Below the pieces are notes generated by a model. That model was given only the letters and a program-made list of their open reading frames with translations. It was not told where the DNA came from and searched no databases. Position numbers and translations under genes: made by a program. Shown one piece after another: positions 62,630 to 64,000 of a stretch of 64,000 bases of DNA. How positions within the stretch are numbered: position 1 is the stretch's first letter; each line of letters opens with the position of its first letter. Location: the NCBI GenBank assembly GCA_032718475.1, contig JAUCBJ010004427.1:1-64000 (forward strand). Reading direction: 5' to 3'. The DNA is from Nemertoderma westbladi (lineage: Eukaryota > Animalia > Xenacoelomorpha).

Positions 62630-64000
62630 TCACGTTAGGGAGTCCCTAGATGTTTGAGGAATTAGGGAGGTGGTCGTGGGAAGAGTGTCTTGCCTTCCAT
62701 AGTTCCCGGAGAGTTCTCTGTCTCTTTCCAGTAAACATAAACGACCAACTGGGCGATTGAGTTGTTGCGTCTCAAAGATGATGCCTGGCTTCTTGAAGTT
62801 ACGCCGCATGACGATGAGTTCTACCGAGCGTACTAAACCATCATCTGAAATGTGTGTCTCGATGATACGACCTGTCTGCCACCGTTTACGTGGGAGGTCT
62901 GGATCTACAATAAGCACCATATCTCCGGCGCTGACGTTTTCTTGCTGCGCAAACCACTTAGTTCGAAGTTGTAGCGTGGGCAGATAATGTTTCTCGAAAT
63001 GGTCAGCGAAACGACGGGATAGCAACTGCATAAGTTGCCAAGTTCGACGGCAGTATTCGTCTCCGTCGGCAATCTCCGATCGTGGGAGCATGGCTACAGG
63101 TTTCTTCAGTAGGAAGTGCGCGGGTGTTAGCGCTTCCAGGGAATCGGGACTCGATAAGACTGGCATAAGCGGTCTCTCGTTGAGATAGGCAGCGATTTCC
63201 TCCATTAACGTCCGCAAAAGTTCGTCGGTGAGATACGCGCGGCATGGCACTATAAAGTGAAATGCGGTTTTGACACTTCGAATTAATCTCTCCCAACTTC
63301 CTCCCCACCAAGGGGCGTCGGCAGCGTTGAAGGTCCAGCTAGACGCTGTTATCCTTAGCTGGTCATCCACCTGTCTTTGGTTCCAGTCCTTCACGTAAGC
63401 CTGTATCTCGTTGTTGGCACCTATGAAGTTCGTTCCTTTATCCGATCTCATGGTATTACTCGTCCCGAAGCGAGCGATCTGTCGTCGTAAACTTAAGACG
63501 AAGCTGTTAGTAGATAGATCGTTCACCATATCGAGATGGATGGCTCTGCAGGTCATGCACACGAAGATGACACACCATCTCTTGACTATAGTCCTCGCAC
63601 GATATACTTCAATAGGGCCAAATAAATCTACACCAGTATTAGTAAAAGGTGGTTCATAGAAGCTTACTCGTTCCCTAGGTAATTCTGCCTCTCGTTGTGT
63701 TAAAGGCCTACTGAATGCTTTCCTACAGGGTATGCAGTTCCTAAGAACTTGGTTCAGAGCTCTACGGGGTTTATCAAAATAATAGCGAGTTCGAATTTCG
63801 CTAAGAATTCGTTCTCTACCAGCATGATAAAGTTTACCGTGAACGTCTACAATCATCTTGATTTGTACTTCAAGATTTCTAATAAGTATGGGGAATTTGG
63901 TGTCAAAGGATAAGGGCACATTGGTGAGTCTTCCTCCAACACGTATTAACCCATCTATCATTGTGCTCGAGAATCGATCCCTTAAGCGCATCTGCGGATT
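62630..64000 (-). CDS. pol: BEL copy 3 pol C-terminus: integrase (HHCC, DDE core, DUF5641-like tail), open to window edge
   Basis: H..LYHAG..CIPC, TGVDLFGP, RSDKGTNFIGA, WERLIRSVK, YLPTLQ.R.KW, DDGLVRSV. Confidence 0.95.
   Translation of the reverse strand, partial: NPQMRLRDRFSSTMIDGLIRVGGRLTNVPLSFDTKFPILIRNLEVQIKMIVDVHGKLYHAGRERILSEIRTRYYFDKPRRALNQVLRNCIPCRKAFSRPLTQREAELPRERVSFYEPPFTNTGVDLFGPIEVYRARTIVKRWCVIFVCMTCRAIHLDMVNDLSTNSFVLSLRRQIARFGTSNTMRSDKGTNFIGANNEIQAYVKDWNQRQVDDQLRITASSWTFNAADAPWWGGSWERLIRSVKTAFHFIVPCRAYLTDELLRTLMEEIAAYLNERPLMPVLSSPDSLEALTPAHFLLKKPVAMLPRSEIADGDEYCRRTWQLMQLLSRRFADHFEKHYLPTLQLRTKWFAQQENVSAGDMVLIVDPDLPRKRWQTGRIIETHISDDGLVRSVELIVMRRNFKKPGIIFETQQLNRPVGRLCLLERDRELSGNYGRQDTLPTTTSLIPQTSRDSLT

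Larger units (their letters stand above)
58302..64000 (-). mobile_element. BEL/Pao copy 3 (3' part; continues beyond window), inserted in the LTR of copy 2
   Basis: Diverged LTR 58302-59609 (TGTACGCGC...CTTTTACA), then extra ORF, spacer and integrase. Confidence 0.92.

Overview
Eukaryotic (animal-like, AT-rich) DNA made almost entirely of nested transposable elements. No host protein-coding gene, rRNA or CRISPR array is supported. 77-15952 is an EnSpm/CACTA-type DNA transposon (intact transposase plus a BEN-domain ORF) inserted with a 2-bp TSD into a ~2.97-kb tandem repeat. It holds a nested stack: a Sola-like foldback containing a hAT element, which contains a MULE-like element. From 21949 to 47762 a decayed CR1/L2-type LINE is split by an RTE LINE, which is split by a 20-kb BEL/Pao LTR element, which is split by a young Ty3/Gypsy element; the RTE, BEL and Gypsy junctions each have a visible TSD. 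Two more members of the same BEL family fill 47763-64000. This BEL family is the most unusual part. It has no tRNA primer-binding site; instead the 11-12 nt after the 5' LTR are complementary to, and co-vary with, a motif in the LTR promoter region, a candidate for Tf1-like self-priming. It also has an extra non-env ORF after pol with a swappable centre (three zinc knuckles in one copy), preceded by a co-varying RNA stem-loop. All alignments were done by eye and coordinates may be off by a few bases where marked approximate.
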